Shown: piece by piece, positions 27,378 through 37,900 of the stretch | Position numbering within the stretch: the stretch's first letter is position 1 | How the letters are laid out: every line of letters starts with the position of its first letter | DNA from: Spirochaetia bacterium | Lineage (GTDB): Bacteria; Spirochaetota; Spirochaetia; DSM-27196; Salinispiraceae | DNA: 51,675 nt | Assembly (NCBI GenBank): GCA_038204425.1 | Contig: JBBRCZ010000016.1 | Span: 1 to 51,675, forward strand | Direction: 5' to 3' | Notes under the pieces: model-generated | Databases searched by the model: none | Seen by the model: only the letters and a program-made list of their open reading frames with translations | Told to the model about the DNA's origin: nothing | Program-made: the position numbers and the translations under genes

Positions 27378-28214
27378 ATGAAGCAAACAATTTTAGTAGT
27401 TGGTGCGTCCGGTACCGTAGGATCAGAATTGACCAAGATCTTGCAACAAAGCGGTCATACCGTGCGCCAGGCTACCAGCAAAAGCCCGAGCACAGGCGAG
27501 CAGGTTCACCTTAACCTCGTCAGTGGAGAAGGGTTGAGCGAAGCCTTTGCCGGCGTGGACAAAGCGTTCTTCTTGGCTCCAGGCGGCTACACGGAACAAG
27601 AAAAATTAATAAAGTCACTCGTACTTCAAGCACAGAAAAGCAAAGTCAAAAAAGTTGTTTTTATGTCTGCCATGGGTGCCAATGCAAACCCTGAATCAGG
27701 CCTGCGCAAGGCGGAAATTGCCGTAGAAGGTTCTGGACTGGTGTACAATATAATTAGGCCTAACTGGTTTATGCAAAACTTCCAATCGTATTGGGTCCAC
27801 GACATTCGCAGCCAAGGAAAAATTCTGTTGCCAGCTGGCGATGCCAAAGTGAGCTTTATTGATACCCGTGACATTGCTCGTGTGGCCGCAAAGCTTTTGA
27901 CTAGTTCTGAGTTTGACAACCAAGCCTTTGACTTGTCTGGACCGGCAGCCATAAACCATCAAGAAGCTGCAACAGCGCTGTCGAAGGCAAGTGGAAAAGA
28001 CATCGTCTACGCCGAGATTAGCCCCGCCGACCTAAAGACCAAGCTCATCTCTGTTGGACTGCCACCCGACTTCGTCGAAGTTTTTGACTCTTTGTTTGGG
28101 TTTTTGCGTTTGGGATATTCCTCGCAAGTTACCGATGCAGTCAAGACGATTACCGGCAGTGAGCCGCTCAACATAGACGAATTTGCGCACGACTATAAAG
28201 CTGCCTGGATGTAG
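27378..28214 (+). CDS. NmrA-like / atypical SDR NAD(P)-binding oxidoreductase
   Basis: GASGTVG, IIRPNWFMQN and SFIDTRDIA motifs. Confidence 0.9.
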   Translation: MKQTILVVGASGTVGSELTKILQQSGHTVRQATSKSPSTGEQVHLNLVSGEGLSEAFAGVDKAFFLAPGGYTEQEKLIKSLVLQAQKSKVKKVVFMSAMGANANPESGLRKAEIAVEGSGLVYNIIRPNWFMQNFQSYWVHDIRSQGKILLPAGDAKVSFIDTRDIARVAAKLLTSSEFDNQAFDLSGPAAINHQEAATALSKASGKDIVYAEISPADLKTKLISVGLPPDFVEVFDSLFGFLRLGYSSQVTDAVKTITGSEPLNIDEFAHDYKAAWM

Positions 28215-28325
28215 AACCGGGGCGCAGACTCTCTCCGGCCTACTCTTCTTACCTCTACGGGGTGACTTTGCGCGCAAAGAGTGTTAGTACTATAGCGAAC
28301 AAGTCATTCCGTTGGGGGGCCAAAA

Positions 28326-28628
28326 ATGGGCGCAATCTCAATCTTTTTTCACAATCTATTTGGAAGCAAGAAATACGAACAGAAGGACAAACTCGAAGTC
28401 CTACATGAGCTTATTAGCCATCAATCAAATGAGTTCTATCGAGAAACCGAAGGTACCTACCGAGACTTACACGGAATCCAGTCCCAGATCGAACAATTGG
28501 CAAGCCTCTTTGGGGCGCTTTATGACGTCGGTATAGAAAAGCAGCTGTTTACCAAAGATGAATTTAAGCACTACCTTGACCTCAATGTGCCCAAAGATGC
28601 CAGTGGCAAGACAAAGAACGTTACATGA
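28326..28628 (+). CDS. hypothetical protein
   Basis: 100-aa ORF with ATGA overlap to the next gene. Confidence 0.6.
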   Translation: MGAISIFFHNLFGSKKYEQKDKLEVLHELISHQSNEFYRETEGTYRDLHGIQSQIEQLASLFGALYDVGIEKQLFTKDEFKHYLDLNVPKDASGKTKNVT

Positions 28629-29728
28629 TTAGTGACTATCTCATAATTGGCGCAGGGATAGCCGGCTTGAGCGCCGCCTCTCGCTTGCGACAAATCTCAA
28701 GCACAGCGCAGATAGTTTTGATCAACGGTGAAGATCGTCTACCGTACAAACGCACCAAGCTTTCCAAAATGCTTTACTGCGGCTGGAGCAAAGAAGAGTT
28801 AGCCATCTACCCTGCCACTTGGTACTCTGACAACCGCATCCAAGTCATTGCTGGTCATAAAATGATTTCTATCGATCCACAATCTCTAAGCGTAACACTG
28901 GATGACGGCAGCACCTGGGCAGGCAAGAAAATTTTGCTGGCCTTGGGTTCTGAGCCCCTGGGCATTGCTGGCAACCTAAGCTTTCGCGAAGCGCAGCCGG
29001 CCGAGGCTTTTTTGCAAGGTCTCAAACATGATACGCCACTATCCATACTTGGCAATGGGGTACTAGCTATTGAGCTTGCCGAACAAGCAGCGCTACTTGG
29101 CAAAGCCGTTACGCTTTATGCGCGACAAGATCTGCCGATGCGCGGCGAGTTTAACCTCAGGCTCAGCCGCCAGCTTGCTGCGTTACTCGTTGAGCATAAG
29201 ATCAAAACCATGCCTCTAACGCAGGCTCCAAAGCAGCAGCTGATGGCTTGCATCGGCACACGGGCACGAGCACTTAGCCTGCTGCCAGATTTATCGGACG
29301 GAAAGGGCGGACTGGCCGTCTCAAAGTATCTTGAGACACGGTATGCTCAGGTATGGGCGGCAGGCGACGGCACCGTAGTTGATGGGTCCAGCCCTTGCCA
29401 CCTGTGGCACCAAGCCGAAGCTCAAGGCTGGTGCGCCGCAAATAACATGGCTTCTTTAAGTCCACTCGAGAAGCTTGCTTATCTTGATCTTGCTTACCGT
29501 CTAAAGTTAGAAGTTTTTGGTCAGTACTATTTTTCTATGAACTATCACGCCAGTCTAGACTGCGCGTGCTTAGAGCGCAACGTGGGCCCCGTCTACCAAG
29601 CAATTTATCATCGCAACAACAGGGTAGAAGGCTTGCTCATGTCTGGCGACAAAGAGCGCAACAAGGACTACGAAAAGGCAGTCAGAGAAAAGTGGCCGCT
29701 TGCTGAGTTTGTCTCACGCCTGTCGTGA
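28625..29728 (+). CDS. FAD-dependent pyridine nucleotide oxidoreductase (rubredoxin/nitrite reductase-like)
   Basis: IIGAGIAG, PYKRTKLSK, LLALGS, ILGNGVLAIE and VWAAGD motifs. Confidence 0.88.
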   Translation: MISDYLIIGAGIAGLSAASRLRQISSTAQIVLINGEDRLPYKRTKLSKMLYCGWSKEELAIYPATWYSDNRIQVIAGHKMISIDPQSLSVTLDDGSTWAGKKILLALGSEPLGIAGNLSFREAQPAEAFLQGLKHDTPLSILGNGVLAIELAEQAALLGKAVTLYARQDLPMRGEFNLRLSRQLAALLVEHKIKTMPLTQAPKQQLMACIGTRARALSLLPDLSDGKGGLAVSKYLETRYAQVWAAGDGTVVDGSSPCHLWHQAEAQGWCAANNMASLSPLEKLAYLDLAYRLKLEVFGQYYFSMNYHASLDCACLERNVGPVYQAIYHRNNRVEGLLMSGDKERNKDYEKAVREKWPLAEFVSRLS

Positions 29729-29737
29729 CCGTAAATT

Positions 29738-30246
29738 TTGACTGTTGGTGTGGGCGACCGCGAGTATGTCCTTGCACAGCGCAAGCCAACTAGCCGAGGT
29801 CTCTCTATCGGTTTGTCAGTAAAAAGCCGTGTTACGGGCATCTGGGGAGTTCCCGTTTCGTTTCCACTGACCAAAGCCCAATCTGATAGTGATATCTTTT
29901 TTGCTGCCAGAGAGCTGCCCTTGTTTTTGGAGAGTTGGCAAAAGTCCTTTCCCATGGCCGGTAGCAGCATCAATCTGTTTAAATCTAACAGCATGGTGAT
30001 GGCTACGACTCCATTTAGAGAAGAATTGGCAGCCCCTTTACAGGTCCACGTCCACTGTATACTGCCAGGCGCAGATCCGAGCGCTACCCGGTTGTGGCAA
30101 CCGTGTCCAACTTAGAAGTAGAAACCTTGCACCCTTGGCTAGTTAACACCAGTATCGTACTCGGTTTGGTACTTCTACTCAGTGTGGTGGTTATGATGCT
30201 TGTTTTGGCAATGCTTAATAAGGACGATACCGCATTTGTAGCTTGA
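29738..30246 (+). pseudogene. remnant of a dCache/PDC sensor membrane protein
   Basis: Frame 1: VGDREYV...VKSRVTGIWGVPVS...INLFKSN..PFREE. Second frame: RYPVVATVS...LHPW plus a TM helix, then stop. Confidence 0.6.
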
Positions 30247-30575
30247 CTCTTTGCTCGGTGATAGACCTTTGCTTATTTTTGCTAGTAGCCGCACTGGTTG
30301 CGTTTACGGGTAGGCAAAAGCCTTGGTGTCAGTAAGCTCTTGATTTTGTCCATAAACCGAAGCTCAGGCACGATTATCTTAAATGTACGCGTAATTGACG
30401 TGGCAAGTTGGGTCATCGACTTTACCGACAAGAACCGGCACCCAACCGTCGGTTTCGTACACTAACCTTACAACTAAAATAGGAGAGCCAAGATACGTGG
30501 GCGTCAACTTCCCCTACTTTGCGTTAACAGTGGTCTACAAGTTTTGACCTGAGCCAAATGCTGCGCACATTTGGC

Positions 30576-32246
30576 TCATTTTTCGCGCATGACTACGGCA
30601 CCATGCCAGCTGGGTCCGGGGTCTTTAGCAACAAATTGCTTGCAGCGCTCGATCATTACGATTAGGGCGCGATCCTTAGGCTCCAAGCTGGTCAGTTTTT
30701 CAAAGGCGGCTAGGGCTGCTGGCCAGTCGCGGGCAAAGTACACTTCCATGGCGTCGTTGTATGCACCGACAAAACTGCGCTTTGGCTTGCTTGTTGTCTC
30801 AGAGCTCCCAACCAACTCATGAACCAAAATATTTTCTGTTTTGCCTTTGACCACGATTTTGTCGATGGTGCGTAAAACAAAACCATTACCGAGTCTGCTG
30901 GCGCAAGCGTCACTTAGCAGAATATTGCTTCGGTAGTATTTGTTGAGACCTTCCAAGCGACTGGCCAGATTGACGGCGTCACCGATTACGGTGTAGTTGA
31001 GGCGGTCTTCATAGCCAACATTACCTACTAAGACTTCACCACTGTTGAGTCCAATCCTAGAATTGATTGGTTCTAGACCTTCGACCTTGAGTTGGCGATT
31101 TAGTTCGATCTGAAACTGAAGGCATTCAACTGCTGCTTGGGCTGCGTGTCGGGCATGGTCCTGCAGATCATTTGGCGCGCCCCAAAAGGCCATGATGGCG
31201 TCACCAATAAATTTATCCACGGTACCCTGGTGGCGCATTATGATGCGGGTCATACCCGAAAAATAGCGCGCAAGCACCAAGATTAGCTCTTCTGGTTTGA
31301 GCTTCTCTGACCAAGTGGTAAAGCCCTCTATGTCGGAAAATAAAATAGTAAGGTCGCGTTTGGTTCCACCCAACTCTGCCTTTTGATGGTTGATTATCAA
31401 CTGAGCCACTAGGTCGGCCGGTACGTATTTTTTGAACGAACGTAGACTGTCTTTGACGTTGTCCATAACTTCGTTGATGCGAGAAATCTCTCTAAAGACT
31501 GACTTGATGGGCTTGCCGTTTTCTAGGTCAAACTTTTGGATGCGAACCATGTCTTGTTCTAAGGCTTTGAGTGGTATAGTTATGCGGCGTGACAAAAAAA
31601 AGCCAGCTAAGAGAACCAAGACGCTTATGGAGCTTGCAACTAGGACCAAAGCTATTAACGTGTTAAACTCGTGCTCGCTAACCTTGGCCGCAGAAATATC
31701 CAAACCAAGGATAGCTTCCAAACGACCAGCTTTGTCACGAATGGGTGCAAAGCCAGATAACCAGGTACCCCATTCGTCAGTGTAGAACTCTCGTTCTATC
31801 TGTATGCTTCCTTGGCCTTGCAGGGCGCTCATCAACATGGGAGTTGCCGAGTCATATATGTCGCCAATGTGGCTGATTTGCTCGGGATCCTCTTCGGCGT
31901 CAACTACAAATATGACTTCGCCCTTGGCCGATTGGCGCATGGTGTAGACAAAGCGAAGATCGGGAACACTTTGGCGAATTTTTATCAGCTGGTTTTTGAG
32001 TTCACGATATTCGGCGCTGTTTTCTTGAGAAGGTTGGCTCAGTGTTTTGTGCTTTTGGGCGTCTATCAGCAGACTGCCAACCGAAACCGCATTGTAAATT
32101 TGACGCCTGAGATCGTCACGCAAAACAGTTTGCAGGTTTAAAAACATAATTAGGCACAAGCCTACGGTTGTTAAAACAATCAGCAGCACGAATGCGCTCG
32201 AAATGCCAAGATTTATGCTTATAGAGAGTTTTTTTGAGTTTGACAT
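30576..32246 (-). CDS. membrane adenylate/guanylate cyclase (TM-Cache-TM-HAMP-class III cyclase)
   Basis: FSDIEGFT, DKFIGDAIMAFWGAP, RIGLNSG and IGDAVNLASRLEG; YTDEWGTWLSGFAPI sensor segment. Confidence 0.94.
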   Translation of the reverse strand: MSNSKKLSISINLGISSAFVLLIVLTTVGLCLIMFLNLQTVLRDDLRRQIYNAVSVGSLLIDAQKHKTLSQPSQENSAEYRELKNQLIKIRQSVPDLRFVYTMRQSAKGEVIFVVDAEEDPEQISHIGDIYDSATPMLMSALQGQGSIQIEREFYTDEWGTWLSGFAPIRDKAGRLEAILGLDISAAKVSEHEFNTLIALVLVASSISVLVLLAGFFLSRRITIPLKALEQDMVRIQKFDLENGKPIKSVFREISRINEVMDNVKDSLRSFKKYVPADLVAQLIINHQKAELGGTKRDLTILFSDIEGFTTWSEKLKPEELILVLARYFSGMTRIIMRHQGTVDKFIGDAIMAFWGAPNDLQDHARHAAQAAVECLQFQIELNRQLKVEGLEPINSRIGLNSGEVLVGNVGYEDRLNYTVIGDAVNLASRLEGLNKYYRSNILLSDACASRLGNGFVLRTIDKIVVKGKTENILVHELVGSSETTSKPKRSFVGAYNDAMEVYFARDWPAALAAFEKLTSLEPKDRALIVMIERCKQFVAKDPGPSWHGAVVMREK

Positions 32247-32349
32247 TACTTCTCCTGCTGACAGTATAAGAGAGAAAAAAACCGCCTGCCAGACCATAGC
32301 CAAAACTTAGCTTGATTGTCCTCCACTTTTAGGGCACAATTGGGCCACT

Positions 32350-33009
32350 ATGCCACACGCTGACAAACGCTTTTTGGCCCTCGACTTTGGCCAAGTACTT
32401 ACGCTCAATCAGGACCTGTCTTGTTTTGACGATTTTTTGGTGGAAGCCGATCTTGACCGAGCTAACTTTGTTGACGCTTACTACCTTAAGCGCCCACCCT
32501 ATGACCGCGGATCCCACAATGCCAATACCTATTGGTCAGAAGTACTGATGGAGTGCGTGGCACAAAAACCTAGCTCGAGTTTAAACCTTGCCAGTCCACA
32601 GGAAAACGCAGAAAAGTACCTAGAATGGCTGTGTATGGCTGACTTTTTGTCTTGGTGTCGACCACGGCTTGCCATGCAAGAGCTCACGCTCAAGGCTATT
32701 GCGGCGGGCGTCGAAACTGCCTTGATTAGCAATATGCCACCAATCTATGGTCAAAAATTTATTGACACTTGGCCTTGGTTGAACAAACTCAAACACTGCC
32801 TTTTCTCAAGCGCCATTGCCCACGTAAAACCCGAAGCTGCGATCTATACGCACCTTCTTACAAGCTTGCAATGGACAGCAGAACAAACACTACTGGTGGA
32901 CGACCGCCTAGAAAATATTGAGGCGGCGCTCAAACTTGGCTTTGCCGTGCATCACTTTGTTGATGAGGACCAAGCTCTTGCCGCCATTACGGACTGGTGC
33001 GGTCTGTAA
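32350..33009 (+). CDS. HAD superfamily hydrolase
   Basis: DFGQV, ALISN, KPEAAIY and VDDRLENIEAA motifs. Confidence 0.88.
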   Translation: MPHADKRFLALDFGQVLTLNQDLSCFDDFLVEADLDRANFVDAYYLKRPPYDRGSHNANTYWSEVLMECVAQKPSSSLNLASPQENAEKYLEWLCMADFLSWCRPRLAMQELTLKAIAAGVETALISNMPPIYGQKFIDTWPWLNKLKHCLFSSAIAHVKPEAAIYTHLLTSLQWTAEQTLLVDDRLENIEAALKLGFAVHHFVDEDQALAAITDWCGL

Positions 33010-33928
33010 TAGTGTCCTCGCGTAAGCCATACTGTTCGCCTTCTTCGTGGCAGCCGCGCGGCTCAACATGCACCATAATGTCGTAAATACCCTCTATTCG
33101 CTCTTTAATTGCTTGTTCAACTTTTTGAACAATTTCGTGCCCGGCTGTGACACTCAAGTTGCCATCCACCTCAATATCCAGCTCAATGGTATGCAAATTA
33201 CCAATCCGGCGAATGCGGGCGCGGTGTGGGTTGCTGGCCTGCTCAATGGTTCGTACCGCTTCAAACAGTCGCTCGTAGAGCAACTTGTCCGAGGTGCCGT
33301 CCATAAGTTCTACGTTAACTTCAACAAAAATTCCGACTGCTGACTTGATAATCCAAAGACTCACTAGCAAGGCAATAATAGAATCTATAATAGGCAATCC
33401 CGCAACAAAGGTAAAAAATAGACCGACTAGAACTGCCGCCGAAATGAGCACGTCGTTGCGCATATTTTTTCCGTTGGCAACCAAGAGGTCACTTTGGGCC
33501 TTTTTTCCGAGCGAAAACTGGTTCCAAGCCAAAAACAATTTGCCAAGGATTGAGGCCACTACTACCCAAACAGAATACATCTGAGGTAGCGGTCGGACTT
33601 CTCCAGCTATTAAGTCGCGAATGGTTCCAAGTGCCAATTGCGCACCGGCAAAAAAGATAACGAATGCAAGAATAGTGGTTGCAATAGTTTCTGCGCGGGC
33701 ATGACCATAGGGGTGTTCGGCATCTGAAGGTTTGGCCATGATGCGCGAAGCAAGCAATGAGACCACCGAAATAATTGCATCAGTGCTGCTGTCAATACCG
33801 TCTGCAATGACAGAAAGACTACCTGCCAAAAAACCCACAGCAATCTTGCTGATGGCCAAAAGCGCATTGCCAATGATACTAAAAACCGAGGCTTTGGCGA
33901 TTATGCGCGCCCGTTGATCTGCTTGCAA
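32987..33928 (-). CDS. cation diffusion facilitator (FieF-like)
   Basis: IADGIDSSTD, HPYGHARAE, NMRNDV and C-terminal MVHVEP. Confidence 0.93.
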   Translation of the reverse strand: MQADQRARIIAKASVFSIIGNALLAISKIAVGFLAGSLSVIADGIDSSTDAIISVVSLLASRIMAKPSDAEHPYGHARAETIATTILAFVIFFAGAQLALGTIRDLIAGEVRPLPQMYSVWVVVASILGKLFLAWNQFSLGKKAQSDLLVANGKNMRNDVLISAAVLVGLFFTFVAGLPIIDSIIALLVSLWIIKSAVGIFVEVNVELMDGTSDKLLYERLFEAVRTIEQASNPHRARIRRIGNLHTIELDIEVDGNLSVTAGHEIVQKVEQAIKERIEGIYDIMVHVEPRGCHEEGEQYGLREDTITDRTSP

Positions 33929-33973
33929 ACTTATCTCCGTGTAAAGACTATACTAGGCTTTGGAGGAATAGTC

Positions 33974-34090
33974 ATGCGCCAAAGTGCTCACAAACTGATT
34001 TGCCAGATCAAGCACTCTTTATTGGAACAAGAGATAGAGCGACGCTTATCTATTAGAGACCAGGCAATAGACGGTGCCTTTGTGGGTTGA
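33974..34090 (+). CDS. possible 38-aa small protein or gene remnant
   Basis: GGAGGA RBS 6 nt upstream of ATG; MRQSAHKLICQIKHSLLEQEIERRLSIRDQAIDGAFVG. Confidence 0.35.
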   Translation: MRQSAHKLICQIKHSLLEQEIERRLSIRDQAIDGAFVG

Positions 34091-34096
34091 TAGTTT

Positions 34097-34134
34097 AAAA
34101 AAAGGCTGCCCCGGATTGTTATCCGGAGCAGCCT
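34097..34134 (-). terminator. intrinsic terminator of the 1100-aa lipoprotein gene
   Basis: AGGCTGCTCCGGAT/ATCCGGGGCAGCCT stem plus U-run on minus strand. Confidence 0.85.
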
Positions 34135-34167
34135 CATATTTTGCTAAGTCATCTTAGTCAAAAATGC

Positions 34168-34193
34168 ACGTACCGATGTACGTACCGATGTAC
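34168..34193. repeat. 12-bp tandem duplication
   Basis: ACGTACCGATGT x2 plus AC, immediately 3' of the stop codon. Confidence 0.8.
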
Positions 34194-37100
34194 TTAGGGT
34201 GCAAGGAAGGCAAACTTTCGCGCATCGTTGGTGCCGGATCCTTCTACAGTAACTGGGTTACCGCTAAAGGTTCCTTGGCTGGACAAGTAGCGGCTTGGGT
34301 ACGACTTAAGAGTTAAGTAGAAGTAGCCACCACCAGCCGATGTTAGGGTAAACAATTCGTCATCGCCATTGTCCACGGCTTCGGTGGTCAGGTTGCCATA
34401 CTCACCTGCTCTTAAGGCATGTCCTGTTGCAAGGTTTACAAACTTATAGTAAGCGCCAACTTTGCTCAGTGTCCACTTTTCTATCGCAGCACCAGTGTAG
34501 CTGGTGTTGTAGACCGAAGAGCCGGTATAAGAATCAGACTTTTGGGCAAGGTTTGAGTCCTTGTTTACTATACGATATGTGCCTGCTGCAGGTAGACCGC
34601 CAGCTATCGTTGTCGTAGTGGAGCCCACGGTGGTGCTTGTTGTGGCAACGGTACTGGTAGTCGAAACCACAGTGGTTGTGGTTGCTGCAACCGTAGTACT
34701 TGTTGCTGCGACGCTAGTGCTAGTGCTTGCAAGCGTAGTCGTGGTGGTGGAAGCACTCAAGAGTTCAAACCTCCACTTAAAGAAGTTGTTGTTTACCCAA
34801 GCTTCCAGCTTGACTGGGTTGCCGTTGTAAATGTCTTGGCTACGTGCCGAATTGCCACTTGCCTTGTTGATGAGGCGATACTGACCATTGCCGAGACCGC
34901 TTGCAGTCCACAGTTGTCCATCGGCACCGGTGTAGTTAACAACCTTGGCATCGTTGCCCGAGCCATCAATTGCCAGGCCCGATTCTTGATTGGTAATCTT
35001 CCAGTAGGCTCCAATGGCACTTACTTGCCATTTTTCGCTGTTTGCTCCGGAGTAGTTCTCATTAAAGACATTGCCACCGTTGTAGCCATCGGCTTTTTGT
35101 GCCTTGTTGGAGGCAACGTTAACCAGCTTGTAAAGACCTGCACTAAGCGGAGCCGCAGCCACCGTAGTTGAGGTAGTCGAAGTAGTTGAGGTACTACTAG
35201 TGCTGGTACTTGAGCTGGTACTGGTGCTTGCATTGCTTGTGCTAGTCGATGTAGCCACCGTAGTGCTTGTTCCAAGTGATGTTGTGGTGGTGTTTGCTAT
35301 GGTCGTTGTAGTTCCGCCACTTATGCCGCCGTATACTTCCAAAAAGTCGATATTGAGCAAATCTTGGTTGGTGTAATTGTTTTTGATCTGGATGGTATTG
35401 GTACCAGAGTTGAGTCCGAGCGTAACGGCCGAACTTGTTCCCCACGTTGTCCAGGTACCGGTTCCGGCAGCTGTCAACTTAACCCACGAACCGCTGTTGG
35501 CCTTGAGGTCAACATTTGCTCCGTTTGCAGCAGCGTAGCGGATGCGCACGTTACGATTGCCTGCAGCTGGCACGTTTACCGTCAGAGTAATAGTAGCACC
35601 AGGGTAGAAGTTTTCTACAAAACCCGCACCGCTAAAGCCTTGATAGCCACTGCCGGTTCCAGCACCACCAGCCACAACGCCTGATTCGGCCTCGTATTTG
35701 GTCCAACCCAAGGTGGTTGTAGTTGTGCTGGAAGTACTAGAAGTACTGGTAGTAGTTGGTGCATTGGGATCTCGAGTGGTCGAAGTTGAGGAGCTAGTGC
35801 TAGTTGAGCTTGGATAGACACCATTGTATTCAATGGCACCAATGTCATAAGCGATGCCGCCTTTGCCATAGCTCTGGCCCCAATTGATACCCTTGTCTAC
35901 CATCAAAGCACTTGAATTGGCTGGAGCATACCATTGTTGCCATTGGCTAACACGGTTGCCAGTCTTTGCAAAGCCGGGGTCACCAAATAGGTTGCTGGCA
36001 TTGGGTGCTCCCGTACCTACTGACCATGGCTTGCCAAACTTAATGTTGTTGGTAAACTGCACATTGCTTGGTGAGCCTTCTACGTCGTTGCCATCAGTAT
36101 TGTAGAATACGTTGTTGCGTATACTTACATTGCTGGCTCCCTGAAAGACCATTGCATTGCCCATGCCATCAAACACGTTGTTGTTAATGATAACATTGCT
36201 AACTTGGTCTGGTTGGAAGATAGCGGAGCGACCACCAAAGCCATAGCCGTTAATGGGTGTCGAGTTGCGGAAGACGTTGTTATGTACTGACATGTACTTG
36301 TTGCCATTCATCCAAATGGCAATGTAAAAGCCTTTGTCTTGGAAGTACGAATCGTAGATTTCCATGCCTGCGGTTGCGGCTTCGACAGCTTCTTTGCCGC
36401 TTTGGCCATCAAGGTCAACCATGGTTACGTTGTAAATCTTGAGATTTTGACCATGTGTGGTAACGTTGTTGTAGATGTTGTTGTGGTTAACTATGGAAAA
36501 CCAGGTGTTACAATCTATGTTGTAGATCTCATTTCCACGGTCAAGGTTCCATAGCTCTATAGAAATTCGCTCGCCCCACTCTGGGTCTTGTTCACTTACA
36601 CGAATATAGGCGTCGTGAATCTTGACGTTGCGCAGATAACCAACCCACATAAACTTGATACCGTAGCCATGAACGTTGTCGTTGATGGTTATGTTGTAGA
36701 TTTCTGCACCGTCGAGACCACCGAGTCCAAGATTGGCGCGAGAAGCAGCAGCAGCGTTGATAAAGGTAACATCATGAATAACGGTATTCGTCATCCACTT
36801 GCCTTCTGGAATTTCAATGTACCACCACATATCGCCTCGACCAAAAATGGCACCGTTTTGATAGGTGTTTTTGATAGTAACGTGATGCATGGTGACGTTG
36901 TTGCGGTTTTGCACGTAAACGCCGGTTTTGAGTGACTTGTTATTACCGTCGATGGTAAAGCCAGATATTGATTGGTTGCCGTCTTGGGCAGCCAGCATTT
37001 GATCTGGGCTACCATAACCAGGGTTGGGACCGCTGTACATGGTCGAGTTTAGTTGAATCAAGGCACCTGCTGCCCATAGGTGAAAGTCACCTTCGTTTCC

Positions 37101-37496
37101 ACTAATTCCTGCTGGCAGTTCGACACCACTGGACTTGATTATAGTATTGCTTTCGCCTGCACCTTCGATGCTTACTCCCAAACCGAGCATAGCGGGTTTG
37201 GTTTCGTTATAGGTACCAGCGGCAAGCTTAATAGTATTGCCGTAAGCGGCGACTGAGGCAGCCTTGGCCAGAGTCTTGTAAGGCGCGCCTGTGGATCCGT
37301 TTCCTGTATTGTCATTTCCTGACGGGGAAACATGGACATTCCCGGTGAAGGCCGCCTTTACTTGTGCAGCTGCAACGGACGAAACTTCAGCAGAACTGGC
37401 ATCAAAGGGTGCTACACCCATATCGCACGCAACTAGTCCAATGACCAAGAGTGCGAGAGCCAGAAAAATACCGAACAAACGAATAGGTTTATTCAT
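34194..37496 (-). CDS. modular surface lipoprotein: right-handed beta-helix + CBM6/35-like + two ricin-type (CBM13-like) domains, Thr/Ser linkers
   Basis: Lipobox LVAC; HVSPSGND...APYKT start and DIGAIEY end of beta-helix; YEAESG...IRYAA...NIDFLEV; two YxxVN..S...EKW trefoil repeats. Confidence 0.85.
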   Translation of the reverse strand: MNKPIRLFGIFLALALLVIGLVACDMGVAPFDASSAEVSSVAAAQVKAAFTGNVHVSPSGNDNTGNGSTGAPYKTLAKAASVAAYGNTIKLAAGTYNETKPAMLGLGVSIEGAGESNTIIKSSGVELPAGISGNEGDFHLWAAGALIQLNSTMYSGPNPGYGSPDQMLAAQDGNQSISGFTIDGNNKSLKTGVYVQNRNNVTMHHVTIKNTYQNGAIFGRGDMWWYIEIPEGKWMTNTVIHDVTFINAAAASRANLGLGGLDGAEIYNITINDNVHGYGIKFMWVGYLRNVKIHDAYIRVSEQDPEWGERISIELWNLDRGNEIYNIDCNTWFSIVNHNNIYNNVTTHGQNLKIYNVTMVDLDGQSGKEAVEAATAGMEIYDSYFQDKGFYIAIWMNGNKYMSVHNNVFRNSTPINGYGFGGRSAIFQPDQVSNVIINNNVFDGMGNAMVFQGASNVSIRNNVFYNTDGNDVEGSPSNVQFTNNIKFGKPWSVGTGAPNASNLFGDPGFAKTGNRVSQWQQWYAPANSSALMVDKGINWGQSYGKGGIAYDIGAIEYNGVYPSSTSTSSSTSTTRDPNAPTTTSTSSTSSTTTTTLGWTKYEAESGVVAGGAGTGSGYQGFSGAGFVENFYPGATITLTVNVPAAGNRNVRIRYAAANGANVDLKANSGSWVKLTAAGTGTWTTWGTSSAVTLGLNSGTNTIQIKNNYTNQDLLNIDFLEVYGGISGGTTTTIANTTTTSLGTSTTVATSTSTSNASTSTSSSTSTSSTSTTSTTSTTVAAAPLSAGLYKLVNVASNKAQKADGYNGGNVFNENYSGANSEKWQVSAIGAYWKITNQESGLAIDGSGNDAKVVNYTGADGQLWTASGLGNGQYRLINKASGNSARSQDIYNGNPVKLEAWVNNNFFKWRFELLSASTTTTTLASTSTSVAATSTTVAATTTTVVSTTSTVATTSTTVGSTTTTIAGGLPAAGTYRIVNKDSNLAQKSDSYTGSSVYNTSYTGAAIEKWTLSKVGAYYKFVNLATGHALRAGEYGNLTTEAVDNGDDELFTLTSAGGGYFYLTLKSYPSRYLSSQGTFSGNPVTVEGSGTNDARKFAFLAP

Positions 37497-37900
37497 AGTA
37501 CTGCTTCCTTTACTTTTATTGGATGTGCAGCTTCACTTACAGTGGGACATTAATCCTCGCCATATGTGGAACGAAATAGTCTGCTCAACAACGTTGATGA
37601 CTATTTGCCATACCATTGCTCATGTTACACCCTGTTTTTTGGATCCGTCAAATGATTTATTACAATCTTTTGGTAATTTTTTATACAATAGTAAGAAATT
37701 AGCTAAGTTATTATATTGAAACTATTTACAGCTATGAGACCAAAAACAGACAGTCGCTGGTGACCAAGTAGTTAGTTTTTTGCACAAAACTCATACACTA
37801 GTTGGGAGCAGTTTTTTACGTTAAAAACAACTATAACTTGTCATTAATTGGGGCTTCTCTTGAGTTAATTGGCTTTTTTCTCTATGGTAAGTCCAATTAT

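Noticed and set aside
34600..35810. Tandem repeats or CRISPR-like array
   Set aside because: Low-complexity Thr/Ser linker codons inside the 1100-aa ORF; no fixed repeat-spacer structure, and no cas genes in the window.
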